Positions 13,801 to 24,270 of a stretch of 32,876 bases of DNA are shown in pieces. The notes under the pieces are model-generated. The model searched no databases. It was given only the letters and a program-made list of their open reading frames with translations, and was not told the DNA's origin. Each line of letters starts with the position of its first letter. The stretch's first letter is position 1. The translations under genes and the position numbers were made by a program. This DNA comes from Trichoplax sp. H2 (lineage: Eukaryota), in contig NOWV01000184.1 of assembly GCA_003344405.1 (NCBI GenBank), forward strand, positions 124,001 through 156,876, read 5' to 3'.

Positions 13801-16800
13801 CGGCAAATTTAGTCATTTAATTCTTCATGAAAATTCATACCTTGACAAATACATATAAGAAAACTAGTGAATTCCCTGATATCATTAATTTATGTCATAC
13901 TTATTTTCGCTCACACAACAATAAACCAACATAAAATCAGAGCTAAGGACAATTAGAGCTTAATGTCTGAGTTTAATCAAAATAATTGCTGATTTTTCTA
14001 AGTCATAAACGTCATCTAGTACATTATTTAACTACTATAGTACGGTACTGGTACTTAGCCTGTTGCAGCTTAATACATAATAGCTCAAGCAGCATAATTA
14101 CTAAATTACTAGTTTCCTTAATTCAATAACTTAAAAGCAATTCTATGCGTATAATAATAGAGTGCGTCTTCTTTTTAACTAGCTATCACTATCTGCTGTA
14201 GTCAAATTCAAAGTTGATTCGCTTTTGATATTAGGTAACTAAATCCTTTACTTTAAGTTTAAGCTTTCATTAAACACAGTCTTCAACTTGGCATGGTGAA
14301 CCCACTGCTATTTTTTTCGGACTAAAAACATCTATCGAAAACTGTTTCCTATATGTAGGAGATGACATTCATATCATCGATATACTTCAACTTTACAATA
14401 GAATCCTATACATAATTCGTGTATTTGCTTGCTTCTTATTGTATTATTTACGCACTGTGTCTAATGCCTCATTAGCAAGAGTCGCCGATAATTACTCCAT
14501 TGGCTAACAAATTTAACTTCAGTATTAACCCATCACTTATTTTTATTTTCGGAAACCGTTACGATTTTTTCGAGAATTTTTACCCTAAAGTCATAAGCTA
14601 TTTACTGGGCTACTATTTTAATCAGTTGTGATTACATTAAGTAGAAATATAAGCTTCGTAAGATTTAGGCCTTATACTGAAGTAGGATGCTTACTGATTA
14701 CACTGTGTGTAATCTACTACTCTAATTAATCAGGAAGGGGTAGAACCATCAATCCTTTTACCTAGATCCCTCATGTATTTCCATTCGTAAATGTATTATA
14801 TACGTACGCGTAGATATGTCACATTAAGATTCTTGTTCTCAATACTTGTGGATTCGCTATGGTTTTCATCCTATTATGATCCTATGTGATAATATACGTA
14901 GTACATTTCATCATGCTATACTCGTGAAGTTGCTTGCCGTAGTATAATCAAGAATAATCATACTACTCATAGACGATCGGTATGGAATGAAAAGTTTTAA
15001 TTAATTTGTCTTATGCAAACATCCATTTTTTCATAAAACAAGATACAAATCTGCGCTTGCTGTCTTTGAATAGATGCATAACACTACCTTCAACAATCTT
15101 AACCAAAGCGTCATTAAGCATATTATATTATCTCAATAGTATATTACATCATCCGTTTTGATTATTCGCGAATTAATCCGGCATACTTCATCTCTGCTGT
15201 TACACATTTGTAAGGTAGTGATATCAACACTTGTATAATATTAATATTTGTTTTTTCTTCGTCGTGCTCATAATGGCTGTTAAAGTGAAACGTTTACTAT
15301 GCGGAGACCTCTTGCGCATGTGTTACTTATAAAAATGAAGTGGTATCGTATTAAATATCATTTTACGTCCAACATATATAATGAATGTGTAATAGAAATA
15401 TTTATGGCTAAGCGGAAGCAGGACAGTAATATATACTAATTACCAATATGGGTAATAGCATTAATATTTACTAAAGAATAGCAGCAAAGCAGGTTAATAA
15501 ATTACTTATTATTATTCCTTCATTGAAGGTGATGACATTGGAAATAGAATTCTATAGCTAATAATAGCGGTTATAAATTTTCTTGCTAAATCAATAAATA
15601 GAAAGCCATTAATGTTTAATGATATTCATTTTAACCATTAGACAATTAGTTTCCTTAGTTCTATAATTCGCATCAAAATATCTTGCCGGCATTCGTGTTT
15701 ACATAATGTTTGAACTGATATTACAAATGGTTTTCTTAGTTCTGAAATAGCAGCCAATTCATAATATAAATATCGCTTCGAAATTTTTCTGATCGGAGTT
15801 GTGCTAGGATCCAAATTGAAATAAGCACCCTGAAATTAGGATACATCATGATAAAATCTTTGCAAGCATAAGTAATTCGTATCCAAATATCCTGCAGGAA
15901 TTTGCGTTTACATAATGTTTCAACTGATATTCTAATCTTATAAAAGCACAATTTATTTACTTCGCACACAACCGCTGAAACAATTTAAATTTTGAGTTTT
16001 ATCTATATACATACTAATTTACAGTGTTTTTTAGTGCGCTATTCATCTGGTTGTTAATTACTTTCATCTACAGTTGACAATAGGTTATTCGTTGCTGCCA
16101 TCTTGCTGTTTATATTTGCTCTTGCAACATAAAGTAATTGGCTAAATTAAATATTTTAATTATCCTAATAATAATAAATAATAGTAATCGTTGCTAATTA
16201 ATAAAATCTTTACGTGATGTACAATCCAGATACGTAATAAGCATAGCAATTATATTAGATATTATTTAATAGAATTTTGAATTTGATATCAAATAATGGT
16301 TACTTCCTTATAGCATTATTACACTACTATCGCTATTGAAATTGATGTTGCTGATAATTATAATTATAAGCAATCTTTTATCACGGTAACTGTTATCATT
16401 AAATTATGAAATGTTAGAAATTTCTAATACCCAGAGTAGTTGGAATTATCAGTTTAGTTATTGGCTGGTCGTAGATAATTAATTAATAATCCTTCAGTGT
16501 TAATTTTTTTACTCAGTCTATGTCAATCAAACATGGTATGTCAACTGAATATCGCCTACTAGTAGACAGTGTCTCCCCTGAAGTATCTAATTAAAACTAT
16601 AAAGGCATAACCAAGATATCATTACTGTTCTCTAACCCACCCCAAATTTTATCACTATCTTATTAATCAATCTATTTATACCTATCTTTCAATATACGTT
16701 ACACGAAAGATGGAATATACGCCCCTGTCCATCCGTATTGATACGAAAATACTCTTTCAAAACGATCAAATAATAAACCTGATTGTTGGTAGTAAAACTA

Positions 16801-19800
16801 CAAGGTAAGCTCACTTGAAATGTAACCTTAAATCTCATTTTACGATCTTTAGTGTACATTGTTTGACAGAATCATCAAATATTATCGTGATATTGCCTAG
16901 TTTTATTAGCATAATTCAACTTCTACGATAGAAAAGTCATATCGGTACGATACTCCATTTAACGAACGTTACTACTTATTTCTGATAAATATCAAAATGA
17001 GGTACGCTTTCGTATCTCAACAGCGATTAGTAATTGTAACAGCATCAACTTTGCCTCATCATACTAAAAATAGTGTTATTTTAAGAGCCTTCTTTACCTA
17101 CTTAGACATTTCTTATTTAATAGAATATTCTTAACTACAGGCTATAAACAATAGAATCTTACAGAATAAATATAGTAGCTCCTTGTATCATAAGCAAATG
17201 ATCGTGAAAGATACGTACCGCTATTAGTCGTAGCAATAACACTACTCTAGTTTACTCTCTAACACATATGAAAGTATCATTGTAATGACTTATAAATTAC
17301 TTTGAACTACCAATATAGTCTTCAACATATACTGGAATATAAGTAATTCCATTTATTACCAGCTTCAACTAGTCTTAAATGCTTCAAAATATTTAAAAAT
17401 TCCGATTCTATGGCCTAAAGATAACTAAATGGATTTATTAGCTGTCATAGCAAATCTAGCAAAATCGAAATCATACATATTAACTATAGTATGTTGTCAA
17501 AGTTATTGTGCCCCTTGCATGGGTACTAATATTATAATTATAGACTATAAGCAACCATGTATTCCAAGTTAATGCGAAATTCCATATTAACAGAAAACAC
17601 AATATGTGTAAATTATAGGGAATTTTATAATTTATTATATCCACTGAACTTTATTATAGATATTAGTACAGTTATAAGTTGAAAACAAGAACAATGGCGT
17701 TCCATAACTGCATGCAATAGTACTAACCGATATCTCATCGTAATAATCAAATGCGTAACTGAGTTTGTGTCGTACATTATAAATAATAATGTTTTAGTTA
17801 ATAATATTTAGTTGTATTATAGAGATCCAATACCAATGATTATAGTCTCAAAGCAGAAATATGATTGCTTAGTATGGTCATCAGACAAATATACAAGTTT
17901 TATAAATTATTGTTGCTCATCAAGCATTTTAAATCAATTAAAATTTTTCTAATTCGTAACAACAGCATCTATGTCATTTCCTTCAAAGTTTTTACGGATT
18001 AAAACTTATGATAACATTAAAGGGTCATTGTAAGATCTAGCTTACTGTACTTCGATTAAATTCGGTCTCTTTGCTATAGTTCACAAGACACTATCCTGTA
18101 TCACAATAATGATAGCCGATATAGTATAGTCTTCAAATTTCTAAGGTTTATTAAACCGCTATGCAAAATGCGTTTTGGAGGTCAGTCGTAGAATTATTTC
18201 TCCGCTCTATAAGAACAGCTGAAAGTGACTAAGATAAACCGGATAATTATCCTTAGCTACTTAAGACTTTACAATCTCTATACAAATTTCTATATTATTC
18301 GACGGTACCAAGTACTTCTATCTCGAGTATTGTTTTACTAATAATCACTGACGAAATCTAGCAGAGGCGCTACAGTCATACAAGCGCCGAAAGAAGTATG
18401 AGATAAATCATCTCAAATATATAAAAGTCAATATCGTACTAATCAAGATACTTAGGCGAAAGAAAATACTATCTCAAATTTACAATACTCTAATCCACTT
18501 AACGGTAAACTTTAGATGTATAAAATACTAATATATAGATATTAACTTTACCAATATTGAAACTGCAGACCTACTACACTTTTCGGACTTTAAATGCAAT
18601 ATATGCAACATTAATCTTTACTGAATTAAAATAACGCGCTTTTATTTAAACAAAAAAGATCGCATACTCGCTATTTTGTGGATTAATATTCGAAATATCC
18701 TAAAGATATTGATCCTAATTCAGGTTACTCCTATCGTACTAAATACCCACTGTAAAATTATAAATGCTTATTTCATGTCAGATAAGTGACTGAAGTCATA
18801 TTACGAGGCATCTGCACTTATGAATACCCCTATACCTATATTGCTTCAGGCACCATTGTAATATCTGCAGATGATTATGTACAGATTAGATGCGATATTA
18901 CTAAGTTGAAAAACGATAATTTATTTTATTATTATTGCATTTTATAGCAAGGACGTCGTTAATATGGTCATGAAAGAGTATACCGTAAATACGAGGGACA
19001 TTAATTTATACTACTTAAAAATGGAAGTTAAGCAGCAAGAAGATGGTAAGAGCAATTTTAGAAGCGCATCAACTGAACTAGCAACATATTGTTTACAACT
19101 TGCTAAACTTGCATTCTGCGAATAGAGTAAATTCTTTTCCAACTTCAGCTAGACATCCATTAACTAAATTAAATCGACTTGTATGAATTAGTTCAAAAAT
19201 TCTAGTATTCATAAGTAACATCTTGAAATACTTCAAAATTTTTTGTTGCAGACGAAAGTCGCTTTAAAAAGCCTAATATTTGAAAATCTTTAAAATCTTA
19301 TACGAAAAGTTCTAGTTAAAGATCTATCGACTTTTCTTGCATAGTAACCTTTATAAGATATGTTCTGTGTTCGTCAATTTAAATACGTTATCTTAAATAA
19401 GCTAAAAGTAATTACATCTTAGCGTACATAAAAGTCGCCAGTACAAGCATGTCAATAATAATTATAAAGCCGTGGTAATAAACGAATTAGTGAAAGTGAA
19501 AAGTGAAAACATATTACAGGATTTTTATCACAGTAGGTTTTGTAACAAATTTTTAACTAGAAATATTATATTTGCATTTAAACAGCGGAACTTAAGTTGA
19601 TATCTCTCGAAAATGATAGCTTAATATTAGAAATTTTATCTACTACGGCCCATGCAAAGCCTTCGTAAGTAATGTTAAGATTGAAAACTATTGCTGAAAT
19701 TTTAAGAGCTTCTAAACATGATTCTGAGTTGAATATTTGAAGGTTTTGATATTGACCGACGTATATAATTTTTCTATCTAGCTTTCAGTTAGCGGTAAAA

Positions 19801-22800
19801 GAAGGAAAATTAATTAAAATTTATGGTTATGTTCTAGCACCGGAGGTAGTTTGCATTTGTAACTGAATGGATTATGATTTTAATTAGTTAGATAAGCTAA
19901 TGTCTAAATGTCGACCTATATACTTCTTATAATTACTATTATCTGGTGTTCGCACTTAAGCTCCAATTTCTTGTGACTTATAGATGCAGATAATAATCTG
20001 AAATTCTAACATTTCGTATGATCTTTAATCAGTTAAATATTACCGTTGTTCTAATCTACTACACGTATGGCGAGAGTAGCTTGATTGAGTGCCTTTAATT
20101 CTTCCGCACGTACAGCTTAGAGTTATGCCTGTTTAATGAACATATTACCAGTATATTGACGGAATTTACAAATCTTTTCCTATATCAGCTACTGCTTTTC
20201 ACATAAGTATTATAATAATACGTAGTTTCTACAGTTGCTTAAACTTATACGGTATTACGTTGATTAAGTTTGATTGCTCTATATCTTTTGATTCGAATTA
20301 ATACTTTTAAGCCGTCTTGTTTTCTGATCTTTCTTATTAACAAAAGGCTGATTATAAAACCTTAATCGTATCTGAAGAAACGAAGGCTTATAATGTTGTT
20401 CGAATGGTTCTGGCGTCGTATAAATCCAATGAAAGCCCCAATCACTTTTGTTTACATGAAGTATCACAAAAGCATCGCAGTATGTAGAATTGTACTGAAT
20501 TACAATCTGAAATTCAAATTTAGTAACGTTATATAGCTTAGCACAATTGCATAATCAAGACGACACAAATATAGATTTGATATCATTTCTCTTATTTATA
20601 GTTGATAGAATAATTATGGATGATGAATGTCCAGTAGCCATTCAAGATATATGGGGCAAAAGCGCGAACGCTACCTTACATCTTTGTCGTAAAGCATATG
20701 ATTTTGATCAAGTAAATTACGTAACATAGAATCTTCCTCACTTAAAAGAATTTTAAAAGTATACATGTATTTTTCATTCTAGCTATTCCATGTTACTACA
20801 TCCTATAATGTTTGGTGTTGCACAATTACTTTAATTTTCTTAACAATAAATGCTCTAAGTGGTTGAGTAAGCTTAACAGATATCCAATATTCTTAGGGAA
20901 AATATCAACCTGATAATTCGGATGGTGCAAACTTACAATTGTTAAGAAGAGCACGACTAGCAAGGCCGCCAAAGATTTCATCTAATGCAAAAAGCGCTTC
21001 TGTAAGTTCGTTTACAAGATGCTTTACGTATAATTAAATTTAAAATTTATCCTATTACTTTACCGAATTTACGTTATCTGGCATTAAATAAGAGCATATA
21101 TACAGGAAGAAAATACAGTTCAACTTTATAATTATAAAGAACTATGCTTAATAGGCAGTAATGTGTTCATATTTGAAAATATATTTCTAAATTTTATACT
21201 ATAATTGCTAAAATCCACGCTATCGATAATCACAAATTTTCTAATGTGAATAATCAATCAAAAACCAAATCAGACACATAACCATGAAACAGAAGAATCT
21301 TAGCTTTTGTACGCCTTATTATAACGCCTGTACAACATGAACCGTATAGTGTGTTGCAAAGATTGTTAGTCGACTTCTATTTTATCGGCATAAATTATCT
21401 TCTAACAGTTGCAAGATTAAATAATTAACACTCGATGGTACATTGTTCTAATTAGTGAGACGACAGTTTGAGCTATTACCATACAAGTTGAAATTTTTTC
21501 TATGATCTATTAGCGTATCTAACAAATTTTAAAATGTATGCACTTAAATTCAAGATTGATTATGACGGGTTTGAAAGCAATGGCGGCAGCAGCTCTAATC
21601 AGAGCTCGATTATCTATAGAAATCCCCGTTCTGAGAAAAGATGCAGAAGATGTTCTGAGCAATTCCATGATAAAGTTTTCAAGAAAATCGTTACCGGTAT
21701 TCAAGATATAACTCTCGCTACTACTCATACAAACAACGATGGTGATAGTGGATATCAAGTCAGCGGTCAGTGTACACCAGTCTCAAGCTCAACAACATCG
21801 CCTTGTGCAGGCTCTTTAGCAAATGTTAGTATTGATACCTTAGATTTGGGAAGTTGCGGAGAAGATGATCGTCAACCGGTAAGTTGGCGACTATTTATGT
21901 GTTAAATTTGCTATGGTATGTAAAATTTAAACTGGTATTTTAAAAACTGTAAGTAAACGAAAATCTGTAAATTTAAGTGTATAATATATTAAATATGCCA
22001 AAACAAGTAAGTTTATACTTTTTACTACTACCGGTACTGTTCTTAATAATGATAGAGTAAATGACTTCCTGACATTCTCCAGCTAAAATCATATTAAATC
22101 TTAATAGGAGGTCTTCGATATCACTAATGCCGCAATAATTATTGATCCTCCTCCCGAATTTGCCACATCTATTAATCAACAATTAGACGGAGACGATTTG
22201 AAAAATCAAACCCCAAAAATTATTGAGACAGTCACAATTAACTCAGCTGAGACTGAAAACCTTAAACAAAATGATATTAACCAACTTCATGAAGTCACTA
22301 AAAGCCGTCAAAAAACTGAAAATGATGTTGTCGAAGGAAATAAACTGCTATGTCCTCCACAAGCTAGTCTTCCTGCTCCGATACGTAAAATGTCACTCAA
22401 TTCTCTTTTAGGTATTAAAATATAACTTTGTTATCGCCCTACTTAAAATCGTTATTATTTTATTAAATCGCTCTATTATGGAGTACTCGATAGCTGCACA
22501 TAATGTACTGTATGTACCTTCTACGAACTATACTCTTTCATGTTGATGTTGTGTACTCGTGCAATTTTTAAAGGAAGCAAAAGAGCTATAGAATAACTTA
22601 ACTTTGAACTTTATCCTGTATTTTCTGATTGTAAATAGATATGAAGAAAGCAGAAAACAAAGATGCCAAATTCAATGAAACTTTATCTGTTGGATCGCAA
22701 ACTAAAGTAACAATGATTATATATATTATTGCAACACTTGCTCGTTGTTTTTGACACAGTAATTTATGATGGATTTCGCTCCATCGATCTAGATGTACAT

Positions 22801-24270
22801 AGCCTATGGTCACTTTACGTTCTACTGCCTATTATTTCATCTAATAGTTAATAGTAGAACTAATAGAATGATAAGTATCAATTTTGATAAGTGTCGTACT
22901 AAAATTACTTGCTTACAGAAGATGATTTAGATTATTGCCTCTTATAAATAAATAAATTTAGGGATTATTTACTTATTGATTAATGGCTTCCATTTGAGAT
23001 CTTATGCATTGCTTCATATTAATATTTTCATTAACAGCCACTTAATGCTATGGAACTACTGATGACGTCGCAGCTAACCTTAAATTTGCATAGTATTTTG
23101 GGTCAACGTCGTCATTTCCTGGCTATAACAATATTACAACATCAATATAATCATCAACAGCAACAAGAATCAAACATTGTTGGAATTGAATTTTGCCAGA
23201 AATCGAGTAGTGACGTTGATTCATATTCTTTGAGACGCGGTATTTATATCACCAAAATTGATGAAAATGGAGTTATAGGTAGAGATGGTCAGTTACTAGT
23301 TGGTGATGAAATTGTAGAAGTAAGTACTATGAAAAGATTATCATATAAGTATAAATATCTTTTTCATAGTAGTGTACAACTGAGCAAATTATCGAAATTC
23401 ATAGGTTTTATATCTAGATAGAACTAAAATGAATCTGGTTAATTATATATGACCATTACCAATCCTTTCAAACTGCTTAGGTTAATGGCGAGTTTGTTAT
23501 GGCTACTTCTATAAAAGTAGTCGAAGATACATTTAATGCCGCTATATCTCATTTGGGGTTGTTAGAACTTGTTATATCCCGGGAAATGAACTTTAAAACT
23601 AACTATGCGTCGCATATATCAAATTTAGAAGATCACAATGTAAATACTGTTGTTGATGAGGTCCGTTGCAGTAAAGTAAATGCAGACTAGTTAAAAGACT
23701 TCTTTTATAATTAAGTTATTTAAAATAAATTTTTCTCATGCACTAAAATTAAAGATCTCAACTAATTATCATTAATTTGTACCTATAAGTACAATATCTG
23801 TAGTTTGTAACTTTGTCTTGTTGCCTTATTCAAAGTAAAAATCTACGTATCTCTGTATCGACACCATCTTATTTATAATTTTCTTTAGACTGATTATAAC
23901 TTTTATATATAAGTAAATATCTCTTTAGACCACGTAAAACTAAAAATATTTCGTGATTATTTTATTTTCGGGAATGATTTGGTAATCGCTGCAGCAAATA
24001 AAGAATTTGGAGAGCACTCTTAGTGATTCGCAAGACGAAAAGCGAATGTTGCAGCTGAAAATAAAAATGTTAGATTTGCAACTACAACATGCCGAAATGG
24101 AGATTGAAAAGAAAAATCGCGAAATAGCCAAGATGCGCTTATCTAATTCTAATCATAAAAACTCTTTATCGAAGCGAAACTACCAAGTAAGTAAGAGAAG
24201 CTCGATTAAAAGATCAGCCAGAGATAAGAAAATGGCACCGACCGGATCAGATGAAAATTTGCTGCAATGA
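7740..24270 (+). CDS. SAM + tandem Ras-association (RA-RA) + PDZ + coiled-coil scaffold protein, about 830 aa, 17 exons (Rau-like RA module)
   Basis: join(7740..7827,8703..8753,8944..9117,10815..10876,16710..16804,18948..19045,19586..19664,19782..19845,20347..20479,20602..20711,20897..21001,21555..21878,22108..22411,22639..22706,23038..23319,23481..23660,23995..24270). All introns are GT-AG, all phases match, 2493 nt with no internal stop. SAM: WSEEEVDKWL...MNGPSLLQIS...LGV. RA1: GSKTTSKDVVNMVMKEY...NLYYLKMEV. RA2: YKTLIVSEETKAYNVVRMVL...FCLHEV...DDECPVAIQDIW. PDZ: GIYITKIDENGVIGRDGQLLVGDEIVEVNG...LELVISR. The SAM-to-RA join and the extreme C-terminus are least certain. Confidence 0.85.
8703..8753 (+). 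CDS. Scaffold gene exon 2 (SAM)
   Basis: cctag acceptor; (A)LHMNGPSLLQISSNKL; donor gtaatt. Confidence 0.85.
8944..9117 (+). CDS. Scaffold gene exon 3 (SAM C-terminal helix and Ser-rich linker)
   Basis: aatag acceptor; (D)QLGVSKHVQNKLFSLLFHLR...SSPQ; donor gtaatg. Confidence 0.85.
10815..10876 (+). CDS. Scaffold gene exon 4 (basic, proline-motif linker)
   Basis: ttttag acceptor; (G)ARRRNRRRSLPVIPAKVNGK; donor gtagta; phase 1 in, phase 0 out. Confidence 0.75.
15664..15931. repeat. Diverged ~59-bp direct repeat pair in intron 4
   Basis: 15664..15722 and 15873..15931 (offset 209) share taattcgYatcMaaatatcYtgc...gtttacataatgtttSaactgatatt. Confidence 0.85.
16710..16804 (+). CDS. Scaffold gene exon 5 (start of RA1)
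   Basis: aag acceptor; MEYTPLSIRIDTKILFQNDQIINLIVGSKTT; donor gtaagc. Confidence 0.8.
18948..19045 (+). CDS. Scaffold gene exon 6 (RA1)
   Basis: ttatag acceptor; (S)KDVVNMVMKEYTVNTRDINLYYLKMEVKQQED; donor gtaaga. Confidence 0.88.
19586..19664 (+). CDS. Scaffold gene exon 7 (RA1)
   Basis: aacag acceptor; (A)ELKLISLENDSLILEILSTTAHAKP; donor gtaagt. Confidence 0.85.
19782..19845 (+). CDS. Scaffold gene exon 8 (RA1/RA2 junction)
   Basis: tctag acceptor; (S)FQLAVKEGKLIKIYGYVLAPE; donor gtagtt. Confidence 0.87.
20347..20479 (+). CDS. Scaffold gene exon 9 (RA2)
   Basis: aaag acceptor; ADYKTLIVSEETKAYNVVRMVLASYKSNESPNHFCLHEVSQKHR; donor gtatgt. Confidence 0.9.
20602..20711 (+). CDS. Scaffold gene exon 10 (end of RA2)
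   Basis: ttatag acceptor; (I)DRIIMDDECPVAIQDIWGKSANATLHLCRKAYDFDQ; donor gtaaat; overlaps track ORF 20547..20729. Confidence 0.9.
20897..21001 (+). CDS. Scaffold gene exon 11 (linker)
   Basis: cttag acceptor; GKYQPDNSDGANLQLLRRARLARPPKISSNAKSAS; donor gtaagt. Confidence 0.85.
21555..21878 (+). CDS. Scaffold gene exon 12 (Ser/Thr-rich linker)
   Basis: caag acceptor; IDYDGFES...GEDDRQP; donor gtaagt; inside track ORF 21534..21905. Confidence 0.85.
22108..22411 (+). CDS. Scaffold gene exon 13 (linker with DPPPEF)
   Basis: aatag acceptor; EVFDITNAAIIIDPPPEF...RKMSLNSLL; donor gtatta; same frame as track ORF 22198..22425. Confidence 0.85.
22639..22706 (+). CDS. Scaffold gene exon 14
   Basis: aatag acceptor; (D)MKKAENKDAKFNETLSVGSQTK; donor gtaaca; supplies the needed phase 1 to 0 change. 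Confidence 0.75.
23038..23319 (+). CDS. Scaffold gene exon 15 (PDZ, first part)
   Basis: aacag acceptor; PLNAMELL...IVGIEF...GIYITKIDENGVIGRDGQLLVGDEIVE; donor gtaagt. Confidence 0.92.
23481..23660 (+). CDS. Scaffold gene exon 16 (PDZ, second part)
   Basis: cttag acceptor; VNGEFVMATSIKVVEDTFNAAISHLGLLELVISR...VVDE; donor gtccgt. Confidence 0.88.
23995..24270 (+). CDS. Scaffold gene exon 17 (coiled coil; TGA stop)
   Basis: tgcag acceptor; QIKNLESTLSDSQDEKRMLQLKIKMLDLQLQHAEMEIEKKNREIAKMR shows a heptad pattern; 3' end ambiguous because of internal donors at 24187 and 24191. Confidence 0.78.
   Translation, partial: QIKNLESTLSDSQDEKRMLQLKIKMLDLQLQHAEMEIEKKNREIAKMRLSNSNHKNSLSKRNYQVSKRSSIKRSARDKKMAPTGSDENLLQ

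Noticed and set aside
9967-15969. Short track ORFs within introns 3-4 read as nested genes
   Set aside because: No recognisable domain and no consistent splice chain.
20279-24131. Minus-strand ORFs at 20279, 21519, 21973, 22598 and 23940
   Set aside because: Antisense shadows of real plus-strand exons.
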